Source of the DNA: Methanomassiliicoccaceae archaeon
GTDB lineage: Archaea > Thermoplasmatota > Thermoplasmata > Methanomassiliicoccales > Methanomassiliicoccaceae
Length of the DNA: 64,000 bases
Reading direction: 5' to 3'
NCBI GenBank assembly: GCA_040776945.1
Contig: JAXGZN010000001.1
Location: 448,001-512,000, forward strand
Shown: positions 27,229 through 36,545 of the stretch, piece after piece
Layout: every line of letters begins with the position of its first letter
Numbering within the stretch: position 1 is the stretch's first letter
The notes under the pieces: generated by a model
What the model saw: the letters and a program-made list of their open reading frames with translations, nothing else
Databases searched by the model: none
What the model was told of the DNA's origin: nothing
Program-made: the position numbers and the translations under genes

Positions 27229-27998
27229 AGCATCAACTCCTTGGTCTTCGCGTCCCCATAGGCCAGGAAGTTGCTCCTGGCCGCAAGATCGAAAGGAAGG
27301 TCCAGTACCTTTCCCTCAAGGTCCACTATCTCTCCCCCCGCCTCCCTTAGCATAAGGGCACTGGCGGCAATGTCCACTACCCTTATCCCCTTCTCATACA
27401 CCTTGGTATTGAAGTAGTAGGCGTCGAACCGGCCTTGGGCCACCAAGCACATCTCCAGTGAGGCACAGCCGATGGCCCTGACCCTCGAAGAGCGGCCCAC
27501 GATCTCGAAGGTCCTAGGGTGGACGAACCGGCCCAGATAGAGCAAGGTAGCGGGCCTGGCGGACCGCAGGCTGCGTACCGACATTCTCTCCCCATCGATC
27601 GTGGCCCCTTGGCCTTTGGAGGCTTTGTAAAGCGCGCCGGTCACCAGGTCCAGCAGGACAGCGTGCTCGACTCCGAGGAGCGAGCGCTTGCCCACGGCCA
27701 GGGACACACTGTACATCGGTACGTTCAGGATCGAGTTGTGGGTGCCGTCGATAGGGTCGATCACGAGCGTGTCCTCGAAGCCCCGGTCCACCAAGCCTGC
27801 CTCTTCGCTCAGCAGATTTGCCTCAAGCCCCCTGTCCTCGACCGCCTTGAATATAACGTCCTCGGCAACCTTGTCTATGCTGGAGGTCGGCGTTCCGTCA
27901 GCTCCCATGTACATCTCGGCCCCGCGATCGAAGTCCTTGGGGAGCGCCCTGACCGCGTCCCTGACAAGGTATGCTATCCGTTCCAGCTCCTTCAGCAT
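27225..27998 (-). CDS. Inositol monophosphatase/FBPase family (possible NADP phosphatase)
   Basis: LSEEAG, IDPIDGTHN, DIAAS. Confidence 0.88.
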   Translation of the reverse strand: MLKELERIAYLVRDAVRALPKDFDRGAEMYMGADGTPTSSIDKVAEDVIFKAVEDRGLEANLLSEEAGLVDRGFEDTLVIDPIDGTHNSILNVPMYSVSLAVGKRSLLGVEHAVLLDLVTGALYKASKGQGATIDGERMSVRSLRSARPATLLYLGRFVHPRTFEIVGRSSRVRAIGCASLEMCLVAQGRFDAYYFNTKVYEKGIRVVDIAASALMLREAGGEIVDLEGKVLDLPFDLAARSNFLAYGDAKTKELML

Positions 27999-28169
27999 CG
28001 CCGGTGTATCGCGGCCCTCCTTTAATTAGCTAGTGCGAAAATGAGGATCGGTCACATGTTCACCGGGCCGCGGGTTTGGCCGGTCGCGCGGTGTCCGTCT
28101 TCTGGCCCGGCGCGGCCGACCGCAGGGCCGGCTATCTTGGACCTGTGGATAAAAATGAGGAAGGGGTTT

Positions 28170-28364
28170 TCAGGAAATCACAGAGACATTGGGGTGGCCA
28201 TCGGTCATGACCATGAGGAGCCAGCGCTTATCGCTGGCATCGCTGAACCTCATCTCCCCGATCTTCCGAAGCTCATTTCCCACGGGTTTGTGGACATGAA
28301 TTATCCCGCTCTCTTTCCCCTCGTCGTGAACGATCTTCAATTTCAGTTCCATAATATCCCTCAC
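28170..28364 (-). CDS. Small hypothetical protein
   Basis: GTGA overlap with the upstream ORF; host-like codons. Confidence 0.5.
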   Translation of the reverse strand: MRDIMELKLKIVHDEGKESGIIHVHKPVGNELRKIGEMRFSDASDKRWLLMVMTDGHPNVSVIS

Positions 28365-28618
28365 TGCTTGAAGTATAGATCGACGAAGTTGCCTATCTCC
28401 ACATGGGGGCCTATGATCTCGACGTCCGAGTGGCCGGCGATCATTATCTTGCGGAGCGCTTCCTTTTCCTCGGCGTTCTCATAGTCGATGTAACCGAGGG
28501 GGACCCGGCATGTGAACGACTTGCGCAAGTACACCGCAAGACGCCCGCTCTCTTTTCCATCTTCCTGTTCAAAACGCATCGATGTCAGCATGGAGCACAT
28601 CACTTCCGTGACCGGCAT
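28361..28618 (-). CDS. Small hypothetical protein
   Basis: 85-aa ORF, TATA-like AT-rich upstream region. Confidence 0.55.
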   Translation of the reverse strand: MPVTEVMCSMLTSMRFEQEDGKESGRLAVYLRKSFTCRVPLGYIDYENAEEKEALRKIMIAGHSDVEIIGPHVEIGNFVDLYFKQ

Positions 28619-28841
28619 GACCTTGACCTATAAAAAAGAGTAATAAAGATAGAGCCTATCTGGCAATATAAAAGGCGTTAATATTTGAGCGTTCTATGGT
28701 CCGAGAGCGGAGCAGGCGGTCCGCCCGCCGTCCGTTGATGAGGAAAGTTCACGAGGCCATGATGGACCCTGCGTCAGGCGAAGGCCCGTCGTTCTTCCCG
28801 AATTGGGCAGAAATCGTTTTATTCCCTGTGTTGCCTAGAAA

Positions 28842-29225
28842 GTGGAGAGGCTGAAGATGATAGGGGACAAGCCGCTATTAGTGCCGATCGTGAGCATCGA
28901 TCACGATCGGGACAGGTATATGATCCAGGTCGAGCTGCCTGGAGTAAGGCGGGAGGATATTGATCTGGAGGTCACCGAGACCAGCTTCTGCATCCATGCG
29001 GATAAGGCCGATGCGGCCATAATCGGCTGTTATTTTCTGGCCCATCCAGTGAACGTCGACGAAGCCGACGCGGCCTTCGACGGCAGGATGTTGAACGTCC
29101 AGATCCCGTTCAAGGGGCCGATCCGAGGGCGAACGGTCGAGGTCCGTGAGGGGACCATGGACTTCGCTCAGGTCAGCCCCCGCAGGGTAGACCTGAGAGA
29201 GATATCGGGGAACAGACCCCCATAG
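28842..29225 (+). CDS. Hsp20/alpha-crystallin family protein
   Basis: IQVELPGVRREDIDL...ADAAFDGRMLNVQIP. Confidence 0.8.
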   Translation: MERLKMIGDKPLLVPIVSIDHDRDRYMIQVELPGVRREDIDLEVTETSFCIHADKADAAIIGCYFLAHPVNVDEADAAFDGRMLNVQIPFKGPIRGRTVEVREGTMDFAQVSPRRVDLREISGNRPP

Positions 29226-29679
29226 GTCAGCGGAATGCAGAGAGAAGGCGGCAATAAAGGCCGGCAATGAGCTCCCCTAGGTTGCCCGTTCTCCGTACTC
29301 CATGACCAGCAGTTTTACTTCTCTCTTGAGAGGCCGGGAGCGCAGGAGCATCTGGAATGGATGCCGGGCGCCCGGTCTTCATATCACATCATCCAGAAGC
29401 GTGTTGTGGTCACGTTCATATCGATCGCCGGACCGCATCCACGGACCTGTCTGGCGGAGGTCCTTGCCGGCCGCCTTCTGGAACTTGCGGAACTGTCCAC
29501 CATCTGAGCGCATGGCCGGGCGACCTCCCTCGCCGCCGCTTCCTGGCCTGGCATGTGCTTGGGGATCTCCCCGATCTTGCGGCCCTCTGCATTATGCGGC
29601 CCAACGTTCACGCCGTATCCGCAACGAGATCTATCGGCGCCGCGCATCTATTTATCTGGTGGTGCGTTCCTTCGGCACG

Positions 29680-30345
29680 ATGAGCAGTGGAACGATTCGC
29701 TCTGCAGGGCTTGAAGGCGTTTTCACCGACGGCGAGCGCCTGTACACCAGGAACTCCGATCCCGGCCACGCGGTGTACGGCGAGCGGTTGGTCATCAGCG
29801 GCGAGGTCCAATATCGCGAATGGGTGCCCACCCGAAGCAAGCTATCCGCCTACATCCGTTCTGGAGGGAAGCACTTCCCCTTCCGGCCGGGAACCAATGT
29901 GCTGTATTTGGGCGCGGCCTCGGGGACCACGGCGAGCCACATTGCAGACATCGTCACCGGGGGCACCGTCTATTGCATCGAGGTCTCCCCTCGTTCCTTT
30001 CGGGATCTCGTCTCGGTTTGCGAGTCCCGCCCCAACATGGTCCCGCTGCTCGCCGATGCCACGAGGCCTCAGGAATATTCCTTCGCGGTGTCCTCTGCGG
30101 ACGTCGTCTACCAGGACATCGCCCAAAAAGGGCAGGCCCAGATCTTCATCCGCAATTTCAACGCCTTCAGCGCATCGGACGGCCTGCTGGTCATCAAGTC
30201 ACGCTCAGAGGATGTGGCCCAGGACCCTTTGCGCACTTATGAGGGGTCAAAGAGGCAGTTGATCGCCGCCGGTCTTAAGGTTAAAGAGGTGGTGCGCCTC
30301 GATCCCATGGAGAAGGACCATGCCATGATCGCGGTGTCGCGATGA
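29680..30345 (+). CDS. flpA: Fibrillarin-like rRNA/tRNA 2'-O-methyltransferase
   Basis: VYGE...[31 protein letters not shown]. Confidence 0.95.
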   Translation: MSSGTIRSAGLEGVFTDGERLYTRNSDPGHAVYGERLVISGEVQYREWVPTRSKLSAYIRSGGKHFPFRPGTNVLYLGAASGTTASHIADIVTGGTVYCIEVSPRSFRDLVSVCESRPNMVPLLADATRPQEYSFAVSSADVVYQDIAQKGQAQIFIRNFNAFSASDGLLVIKSRSEDVAQDPLRTYEGSKRQLIAAGLKVKEVVRLDPMEKDHAMIAVSR

Positions 30346-30698
30346 ACTACGTGTACGGGATCGCGTTCGAAGGTGACGAGTTCGTCATGGTCTTCAACCC
30401 CCGCAGGGGCGGATGGGAGATGCCCGGCGGTAAGGTGGAGGAGGGCGAAACGAGCCTGGAGGCGATGCTCCGCGAGTTCCGGGAGGAGGTTGGCCGTGAG
30501 TTCTTGCCCAAGGCCAGTTCTAACATCGGGGGTGTGTCGGTCTACGCGGGCGAGCTCGGGGGCCGGCCTTCGAAGGCGGAGATGGAATGGAGGATCTTCC
30601 GCGAGCTTCCGCGGCCCCTGTCCTTTCCCCTGGTCGAATACATCTCTATCATCGATTGGGCGCGCGAGGCCACCGGACGAGCGAGGCCCAGTGGTTAG
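30342..30698 (+). CDS. NUDIX hydrolase
   Basis: Nudix box [24 protein letters not shown]. Confidence 0.9.
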   Translation: MNYVYGIAFEGDEFVMVFNPRRGGWEMPGGKVEEGETSLEAMLREFREEVGREFLPKASSNIGGVSVYAGELGGRPSKAEMEWRIFRELPRPLSFPLVEYISIIDWAREATGRARPSG

Positions 30699-30793
30699 AT
30701 CGCTCCTGGCAGTTAAATGTTAAATACGAGAACGGGGATTGGCTTAAACCTCGCCACCTAAACGCTAATCAGTTCACATTTGGAGGTCACATC

Positions 30794-31249
30794 ATGGCTC
30801 GCATGCATGCAAGAAGGAGGGGGAGGTCCGGGTCCCAGCGCCCGTTGATCACCGAGAACCCCGCGTGGGTGCCCCTCAGCAAGGAAGAGATAGAAGGTCT
30901 GGTCATCAAGATGGGCAAGGACGGCGTCACCATGGCCCGCATCGGCCTGCTTCTCCGCGACCAGCACGCCGTTCCCGACGTCAAGCTCGCCACCGGTAGG
31001 ACGGTCCTGGAGATCCTTAAGGAGAACGACCTGCAGGCCAACATCCCGGACGACCTCGTCGCCCTTATGAGGAAGGCCATCAATCTGCAGGCCCACCTTC
31101 AGGAGAACAAGAAGGACCTTGCCAACAAGAGGAACCTTCAGATGGTGGAGTCCAAGATCCGCCGCATCGTTAATTACTACAAGCGCGAGGGCAGCCTCCC
31201 CGCGGACTGGCAGTACTCCATAGCCAACGCTGAGCTGCTCATCGAGTGA
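30794..31249 (+). CDS. rps15: 30S ribosomal protein S15 (uS15)
   Basis: MARMHARRRGRSGS...IGLLLRDQHAVPDVK...ESKIRR; GGAGGT SD. Confidence 0.97.
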   Translation: MARMHARRRGRSGSQRPLITENPAWVPLSKEEIEGLVIKMGKDGVTMARIGLLLRDQHAVPDVKLATGRTVLEILKENDLQANIPDDLVALMRKAINLQAHLQENKKDLANKRNLQMVESKIRRIVNYYKREGSLPADWQYSIANAELLIE

Positions 31250-31255
31250 TGGTGA

Positions 31256-32614
31256 ATGGACGCAGGCACTCAGCTGCCTGATAAACTCCTTTCTCGTATT
31301 TCTTTAGCCAAGGCGGAACTGGAGAAGGCGTCCGAGGTCCGCCTGGTCTCTCATTATGACGCTGACGGCATATCCTCGGCAGGCGTGATGTGCAATGCGC
31401 TGCTCCGCGCCGGAAAGCGCTTCCACGCCACTATCGTCAAGGGCCTTAACGAGAAGGTGATCGCCGAGACCTCCCCGGGCTGCGAGGTGATGGTCTTCAG
31501 TGACATGGGCTCATCGCACTTGGCGGCCCTTGAGGGTCTGGACTGCAGGGTCATCGTTCTCGATCACCATTCACCGCAGATGGATTCGGAGAAGGTCGTG
31601 CATGTGAACCCTCATTTGGCAGGGATGGACGGCATGACCTCGGCGTCAGCATCGGCAGTGTGCATGCTCCTGGCGGCCAATATGGACGAGCGGAACTGGG
31701 ACCTCCTTCCGATTGCCTTCGCAGGCATCGCCGGCGATCGGCAGGCCATCAGGGGGCTCTCCGGGCTTAACCAATGGCTGTTCGAGGAAGGGCGGAAGAG
31801 AAGGGTGGTGGAGGCCCGCCCTGGCTCCCTGTTGCCCGAAGGCCCGGTCCTCGATGGACTGGTAGGATCGACAGACCCGTACGTGATAGGGATCTCCGGG
31901 TCCACTGAGGGGGCGAAAGCATTGCTGGCCGATGCCGGCGTTCCAGAGGACGCTGACGCTGACAGGCTGGACGTGGCGTCGAGGATGAAGCTGTCTTCCC
32001 TGCTCGCGCTAAAGCTCACCGCGCAGGGGACTCCCATGACCACGCTGGACGAGGTCGTGCACGAGCGCTATTACTCGCCCAAATGGGGCATGAGCGCAGA
32101 GACCATGGCGGGACTGCTCAATGCCTGCGGCCGTTCTAACAATGAGGGCGTGGGGCTCGCGCTGACGCTCGGGGACCCTTCGGCGATGGAGGAGGCCAGA
32201 GCGCTCCGCCGCATCTACACCGACGAGGTACAGGCCTCCCTTAGGAAGATAGTTGCCAGTGGCATCACCCAGATGGAGAACATACAATACTTCTTCAACG
32301 ACAATCTCGGGCTGTCAGGCATCCTGAGCGGGGTCACCATGCAATACTTCGGCGACCGGGGGAAACCGACCTTGGCCCTGGCGGAATCGGGCGATGACAT
32401 CAAGGTCTCGTCCCGGGGGACTTTCGACATACTAGAGAGCGGCGTTGACCTCGCCGCCGCGCTAAGGGAGTGCGGACAGAAGGTAGGCGGGGTCGGAGGG
32501 GGGCACCGCATCGCTTCAGGGGCCACGGTGCCTAAGGGCCGGGAGATGGAGTTCCTCGAGCTGGTGGATAAGATGGTCGGTGAGCAGAAGGCCCTGAAGA
32601 AGGATGCCGGATGA
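31256..32614 (+). CDS. RecJ-like DHH/DHHA1 exonuclease
   Basis: SHYDADG, DMGS, LDHH, GGGHRIASG; usual position after rps15. Confidence 0.9.
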   Translation: MDAGTQLPDKLLSRISLAKAELEKASEVRLVSHYDADGISSAGVMCNALLRAGKRFHATIVKGLNEKVIAETSPGCEVMVFSDMGSSHLAALEGLDCRVIVLDHHSPQMDSEKVVHVNPHLAGMDGMTSASASAVCMLLAANMDERNWDLLPIAFAGIAGDRQAIRGLSGLNQWLFEEGRKRRVVEARPGSLLPEGPVLDGLVGSTDPYVIGISGSTEGAKALLADAGVPEDADADRLDVASRMKLSSLLALKLTAQGTPMTTLDEVVHERYYSPKWGMSAETMAGLLNACGRSNNEGVGLALTLGDPSAMEEARALRRIYTDEVQASLRKIVASGITQMENIQYFFNDNLGLSGILSGVTMQYFGDRGKPTLALAESGDDIKVSSRGTFDILESGVDLAAALRECGQKVGGVGGGHRIASGATVPKGREMEFLELVDKMVGEQKALKKDAG

Positions 32615-33595
32615 TCAGCGCCAGCTGACCTCTACTTCATCGGTGCGATACCGTTGATCGACCTTCGTATCATCGATGGTCATGCGCACTCCGGCGTTGT
32701 GCATGAGCAGTCCGGTCCACGCGATCATGGCGCCGTTGTCGATGCACAATCGAGATTCGGGGACGAACATCTCCGCGCCGCGATCGCTCGTCATCCTAGC
32801 TACCATGGCTCGGAGGCGCTTGTTCTGCACCACCCCGCCGCCCAGCAGAACCTCGCCCTTCTCGATGTGCGCCATCGCTCTCTCCGTGACCTCCGTCAAC
32901 ATGGCGAAGCAGGTCTCCTGGACAGAGAAGCATATGTCCTCGAGGCTCTCGCCACGAGCGCGGTGGGCGACGGCGGCGGTCATGATCCCTGAAAAGGCCA
33001 TGTCCATGCCCTTGACCGAGTACGGCAGGTCAAGCAGCCTGCTGCCTTCCTGGGCGATTTTCTCGATCTTCGGGCCGGCATAGTAGCCGAGCCCGAGCTC
33101 ACGCCCGAGCTTGTCGAACATGTTGCCTATGCCTATGTCCAACGTTTCCCCGAATATTCGGTACCTGCCATTGGCGAAAGATATGATCTGAGTATTGCCG
33201 CCCGAGGCATAGAGGAGCACGGGGTCCGTGCAGTCGGTCTTGGCGACGCCGATCTCCAGGTGGGAGATGCAGTGGTTGACGCCGATGATGGGTCGGTCCA
33301 GTGAAACGGCCAGTGCGCGCGCGGCAGTGGCTACCGTCCTAAGGCAGGGTCCGAGCCCGGGACCTTGGGAGAAGCAGACCACATCGATCTCCTTCATCTC
33401 CACGCCGGCGGCGTCCAAGGCCTTGCGTATCAGTGGCACGACGACGTCGGAATGATGATTGGCAGCTTCGCGGGGGTGGATGCCTCCCTTCTCTGGGCGG
33501 TACATGTCCAGTTCGTTCGCCAGGATGTTCGCGTCCTCATCGACTATCCCCACGCCGCAGGTGTGGGCCGTGCCTTCTATACCGAGGCAGATCAT
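32615..33595 (-). CDS. kae1: KEOPS N6-threonylcarbamoyladenosine synthase Kae1
   Basis: GIEGTAHT, GIHPREAANHH, GVNHCISHLE, SGGNTQ, DNGAMIAW. Confidence 0.96.
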   Translation of the reverse strand: MICLGIEGTAHTCGVGIVDEDANILANELDMYRPEKGGIHPREAANHHSDVVVPLIRKALDAAGVEMKEIDVVCFSQGPGLGPCLRTVATAARALAVSLDRPIIGVNHCISHLEIGVAKTDCTDPVLLYASGGNTQIISFANGRYRIFGETLDIGIGNMFDKLGRELGLGYYAGPKIEKIAQEGSRLLDLPYSVKGMDMAFSGIMTAAVAHRARGESLEDICFSVQETCFAMLTEVTERAMAHIEKGEVLLGGGVVQNKRLRAMVARMTSDRGAEMFVPESRLCIDNGAMIAWTGLLMHNAGVRMTIDDTKVDQRYRTDEVEVSWR

Positions 33596-33604
33596 GTTTT
33601 TATC

Positions 33605-33853
33605 TTACACCTTCGCGCCGTTGCCGGCAAGCTCGTTGAGACGGGCCATGATGGCGATGGCCCCCTCCGTCACCTGATCGTCCACCACCAGGATAGGGGT
33701 GTGCTTTCCCAGGATCTCGTAGTAAGCGGCCTCGGCCAGGCCCTCCGCGGTTGATGTGTCCACGTAGCTGACATGAAGCCCGGCGGGTATCCGCTCCTTG
33801 ATGTAATCGCACTTCTGGCAGCCCGGCTTGGTAAAGAGTAATATCTCTGGCAT
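33605..33853 (-). CDS. Glutaredoxin/thioredoxin-like protein
   Basis: FTKPGCQKC, GLAEAAYY, TPILVV. Confidence 0.8.
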   Translation of the reverse strand: MPEILLFTKPGCQKCDYIKERIPAGLHVSYVDTSTAEGLAEAAYYEILGKHTPILVVDDQVTEGAIAIMARLNELAGNGAKV

Positions 33854-34430
33854 CCAAATCTCTAACCCCATAATAGGTGTGAGATTAATAGGTTTTCATT
33901 TTTCAGCATACTGAGCTGGGGCCACAGGGCCTTCGGCCTCCCATGATGGCCAATAGCCAAGCACAGTGCCGGCTTTGGCCTTCGCTCCGCACTTGCTCGA
34001 GGTCCAGAGATCGTTGCTAACCATCCCGATAGGGGGCCCATCATGCAGGCGGTCCATGCATATGGTGGAGCGCCGATCCCCTCTTTGTTACATATCATGA
34101 GGTGGATGCAGCTTTCTGGAGCGTGTCCGTCCCGTGCCAATATGATTATGGGGCATGAACGAGCCCCCAACGGCCCTTTCCCCGATCCGCCCGCATTGAT
34201 GCCCCGGCGAGACCGTCTCGCCAGATCCCCTCCTGCCGGCACAGGAACCTTCTATGCCCGTCCTTTGATAGCTACATATGTCCCTGCCCAGGACCATTAG
34301 GTCCGCGTCGACCGTACATGCGAAGAGCGGAGACAACATCTGCATCAAGGTCACGTCCAAGCTGCCCTCTGCCTCGGCCCGATGGGTAGCGATTATATGC
34401 TCCCATTTCGATGCGGTGATGGATGGGACG

Positions 34431-34784
34431 ATGGGGTCGAAGTTCGTAGCCATATGCAAGGGTTGCGGGTTCAGGTCAGAGGAGCTGTACGCGGGCTTCG
34501 GGTTCCAAGGGGCAGGGGACCATTACATGTGGCCGTCGATATGCCCCAAGTGCCGAAGCTTCGGCCTTAAGGACCAGAGGCATCCGCCACAGCGTTGCCG
34601 CCGGTGCAAGGCCGAGGTCGTGTTCTACGGTTCGGAGGACTTCTCGAAGAAGTACTTCCCAGACATAACCAAGGTGGAGCCGGTCGGCGAGGACACCTCG
34701 CAGAACATCCTTGATGGGAGGCATGTCTGCCCTGAGTGCGGCAAGGTGGCCCTTATCTTCGAGTCGAGGGGGGACTGGTCGTAG
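34431..34784 (+). CDS. Multi-CxxC Zn-ribbon hypothetical protein
   Basis: CKGCG, CPKC, CRRC, CPECG. Confidence 0.7.
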   Translation: MGSKFVAICKGCGFRSEELYAGFGFQGAGDHYMWPSICPKCRSFGLKDQRHPPQRCRRCKAEVVFYGSEDFSKKYFPDITKVEPVGEDTSQNILDGRHVCPECGKVALIFESRGDWS

Positions 34785-35011
34785 TCCGGTCACTTGATTG
34801 GAAGATAGGTCGGAGACCTGCCTTCCCCGATTTTATATTCATCTAATTATCTACGCTGCATCAGGAGACAATAGCGAACTTTCCGCCTTTCGCGCGGTAA
34901 CCGTATTTATATGGCGGTTACAGAACGTTGCCTGATGTTCTACGGGGCAGGCAGGGGCGAAGCTAAGGAAGGACCGACCTCGGCCTTTGGTACCGTTGAG
35001 GAGATGCTCGC

Positions 35012-35266
35012 ATGACGCGGGGCTTTCCAATTTTAAAACTGGCGGGAACGGTCCTGTTCATCCTTGGAAGCATTGTGATGGCGTTCTCCATCGTCGGCCT
35101 GGTGCCCGGCGATCAGCCGGCTGAGGCAGGAGCGGCGATGTTCACCTATCTGGTCATCGACATACTGATGCTGTTCATGGCCACGTTCATGGTCTCCGCC
35201 GGCATGTTCTTCTACATCTATGGAGGGACATGGAGGTCCAAGGAACCCAGGCATAGGAGGCACTGA
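35012..35266 (+). CDS. Small two-TM membrane protein
   Basis: Two hydrophobic stretches. Confidence 0.6.
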   Translation: MTRGFPILKLAGTVLFILGSIVMAFSIVGLVPGDQPAEAGAAMFTYLVIDILMLFMATFMVSAGMFFYIYGGTWRSKEPRHRRH

Positions 35267-35416
35267 CCCGGAACGCCCGGTCATCAAGGTCTCGGTTTTG
35301 GAAGGGACGGTCGATTGGGACGAAAGGACCGTCCGTCGAGGACCGAGCCATGCATGCTGGCTCTCAGCGAAAAGGATATAGACCAGAACGATATATGGAC
35401 AAATCCCGCTTGTGAC

Positions 35417-35489
35417 GGGCTCATGGTCTAGTGGCTATGACGTCTCCCTGACACGGAGGAGATCGCCGGTTCGAATCCGGCTGAGCCCA
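35417..35489 (+). tRNA. tRNA-Val(GAC)
   Basis: GGGCTCA/TGAGCCC acceptor stem, anticodon loop CTGACAC, GGTTCGAATCC. Confidence 0.96.
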
Positions 35490-35722
35490 CTTCCCTCATC
35501 CACCTTCTCTCAGTTCGTGTTCAGCGCCTGGACAGGCGCTCATGCTGCGGGTTGGCCGAACATTCGTGGCCGTCCAGTCCTTGCACCGGCGGTCTTATCT
35601 TTCGACCATTGCTCCGATGGGCTCTAACCGAACGATATTATGCGGATGCCTGAGAGGCCGCCCATCCCCCCTTTATGCTCGGCCCCCTGGCCCATCCCAT
35701 GGTCGATTGTGCAGAGGATCGC

Positions 35723-36424
35723 TCATTTCAGGTCATCCGTTCGGTTGAACCCGACCTCGACGTGCGTGCCGTCGCAAAATGGCATGCGCTTGGACCGGCC
35801 GCATCGGCAAAGCGCGGCGCTGTTCGCGGTAAGGTACGGCTCGCCGTCCGCGCCCTCGATGACTATGCCGCCCTTGACCCATAGCGGCCCGCTTATCTTG
35901 CGGCTAGGGTCCTCGGTCACGCTGATCGACCTCTCAATCTCCCGCTCGATCGGAGCGCCCTCGATCTTATCGTAGATCACCAACCTCCCGGCCGGACACT
36001 GTCCCGCGATCTCGATGGCGAGGTCCCTCTTCTCCTTGTTCCCGGAGTCAGCTATCAGCCGTCCGATCCCGCCCTCCCTCTGGCAGAACTGGGCTCGAGC
36101 GCAGGGGGCAGCATTGGGGTCCATGTCCACTCCAGGACCTTTGATCAGCCGAGGCTTCTCGCGGCGGGTTCGACGCACTGCCGTTTCCGTCCCGTCGAAC
36201 TTCGTGGCCGCATGCGAGCCGTCGCAGTACGGTGAACTCTTGGTCTGCCCGCATCGGCAGAGCGCGTAGCGCTCCTTGAGCGGATACTCGGCCACCTTTC
36301 TCCACTTTGTCGGCGGCCGGTCGCCCTCCCGGACCGCGGCCTCCCTGATCAGGGGGACATTGCCGATCACCATGTATGGTCCGTCCTTGACCACCCTTAT
36401 CCTGGCGTCCTTGTTGGATGACAT
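35723..36424 (-). CDS. CDGSH iron-sulfur domain protein
   Basis: ALCRCGQTKSSPYCDGSH and ALCRCGRSKRMPFCDGTH, with a central divergent ferredoxin-like segment. Confidence 0.92.
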   Translation of the reverse strand: MSSNKDARIRVVKDGPYMVIGNVPLIREAAVREGDRPPTKWRKVAEYPLKERYALCRCGQTKSSPYCDGSHAATKFDGTETAVRRTRREKPRLIKGPGVDMDPNAAPCARAQFCQREGGIGRLIADSGNKEKRDLAIEIAGQCPAGRLVIYDKIEGAPIEREIERSISVTEDPSRKISGPLWVKGGIVIEGADGEPYLTANSAALCRCGRSKRMPFCDGTHVEVGFNRTDDLK

Positions 36425-36545
36425 GCTGTCGTTCCCCTGACCGCAGATGCTTAGAACGGTGATATCTCTTTCCCATGCGTGGAAAAAAAGGGCGAAGAAA
36501 TGGTTTGCCAAGAGGTTTGGCGTGAGGGCGAGGGCTGACCCATGC

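Noticed and set aside
28699-28815. GAGGAAAGTTC resembling the RNase P RNA conserved region, with a TGATGA C-box-like motif
   Set aside because: Region is too short, has no matching P4 partner strand and no CTGA D boxes at guide spacing.
29226-29679. Unassigned GC-rich stretch with short overlapping ORFs
   Set aside because: No coherent protein or RNA signal; possibly a decayed gene.
33872-34430. Long intergenic region with several weak ORFs
   Set aside because: No motif, repeat or convincing structure found by eye.
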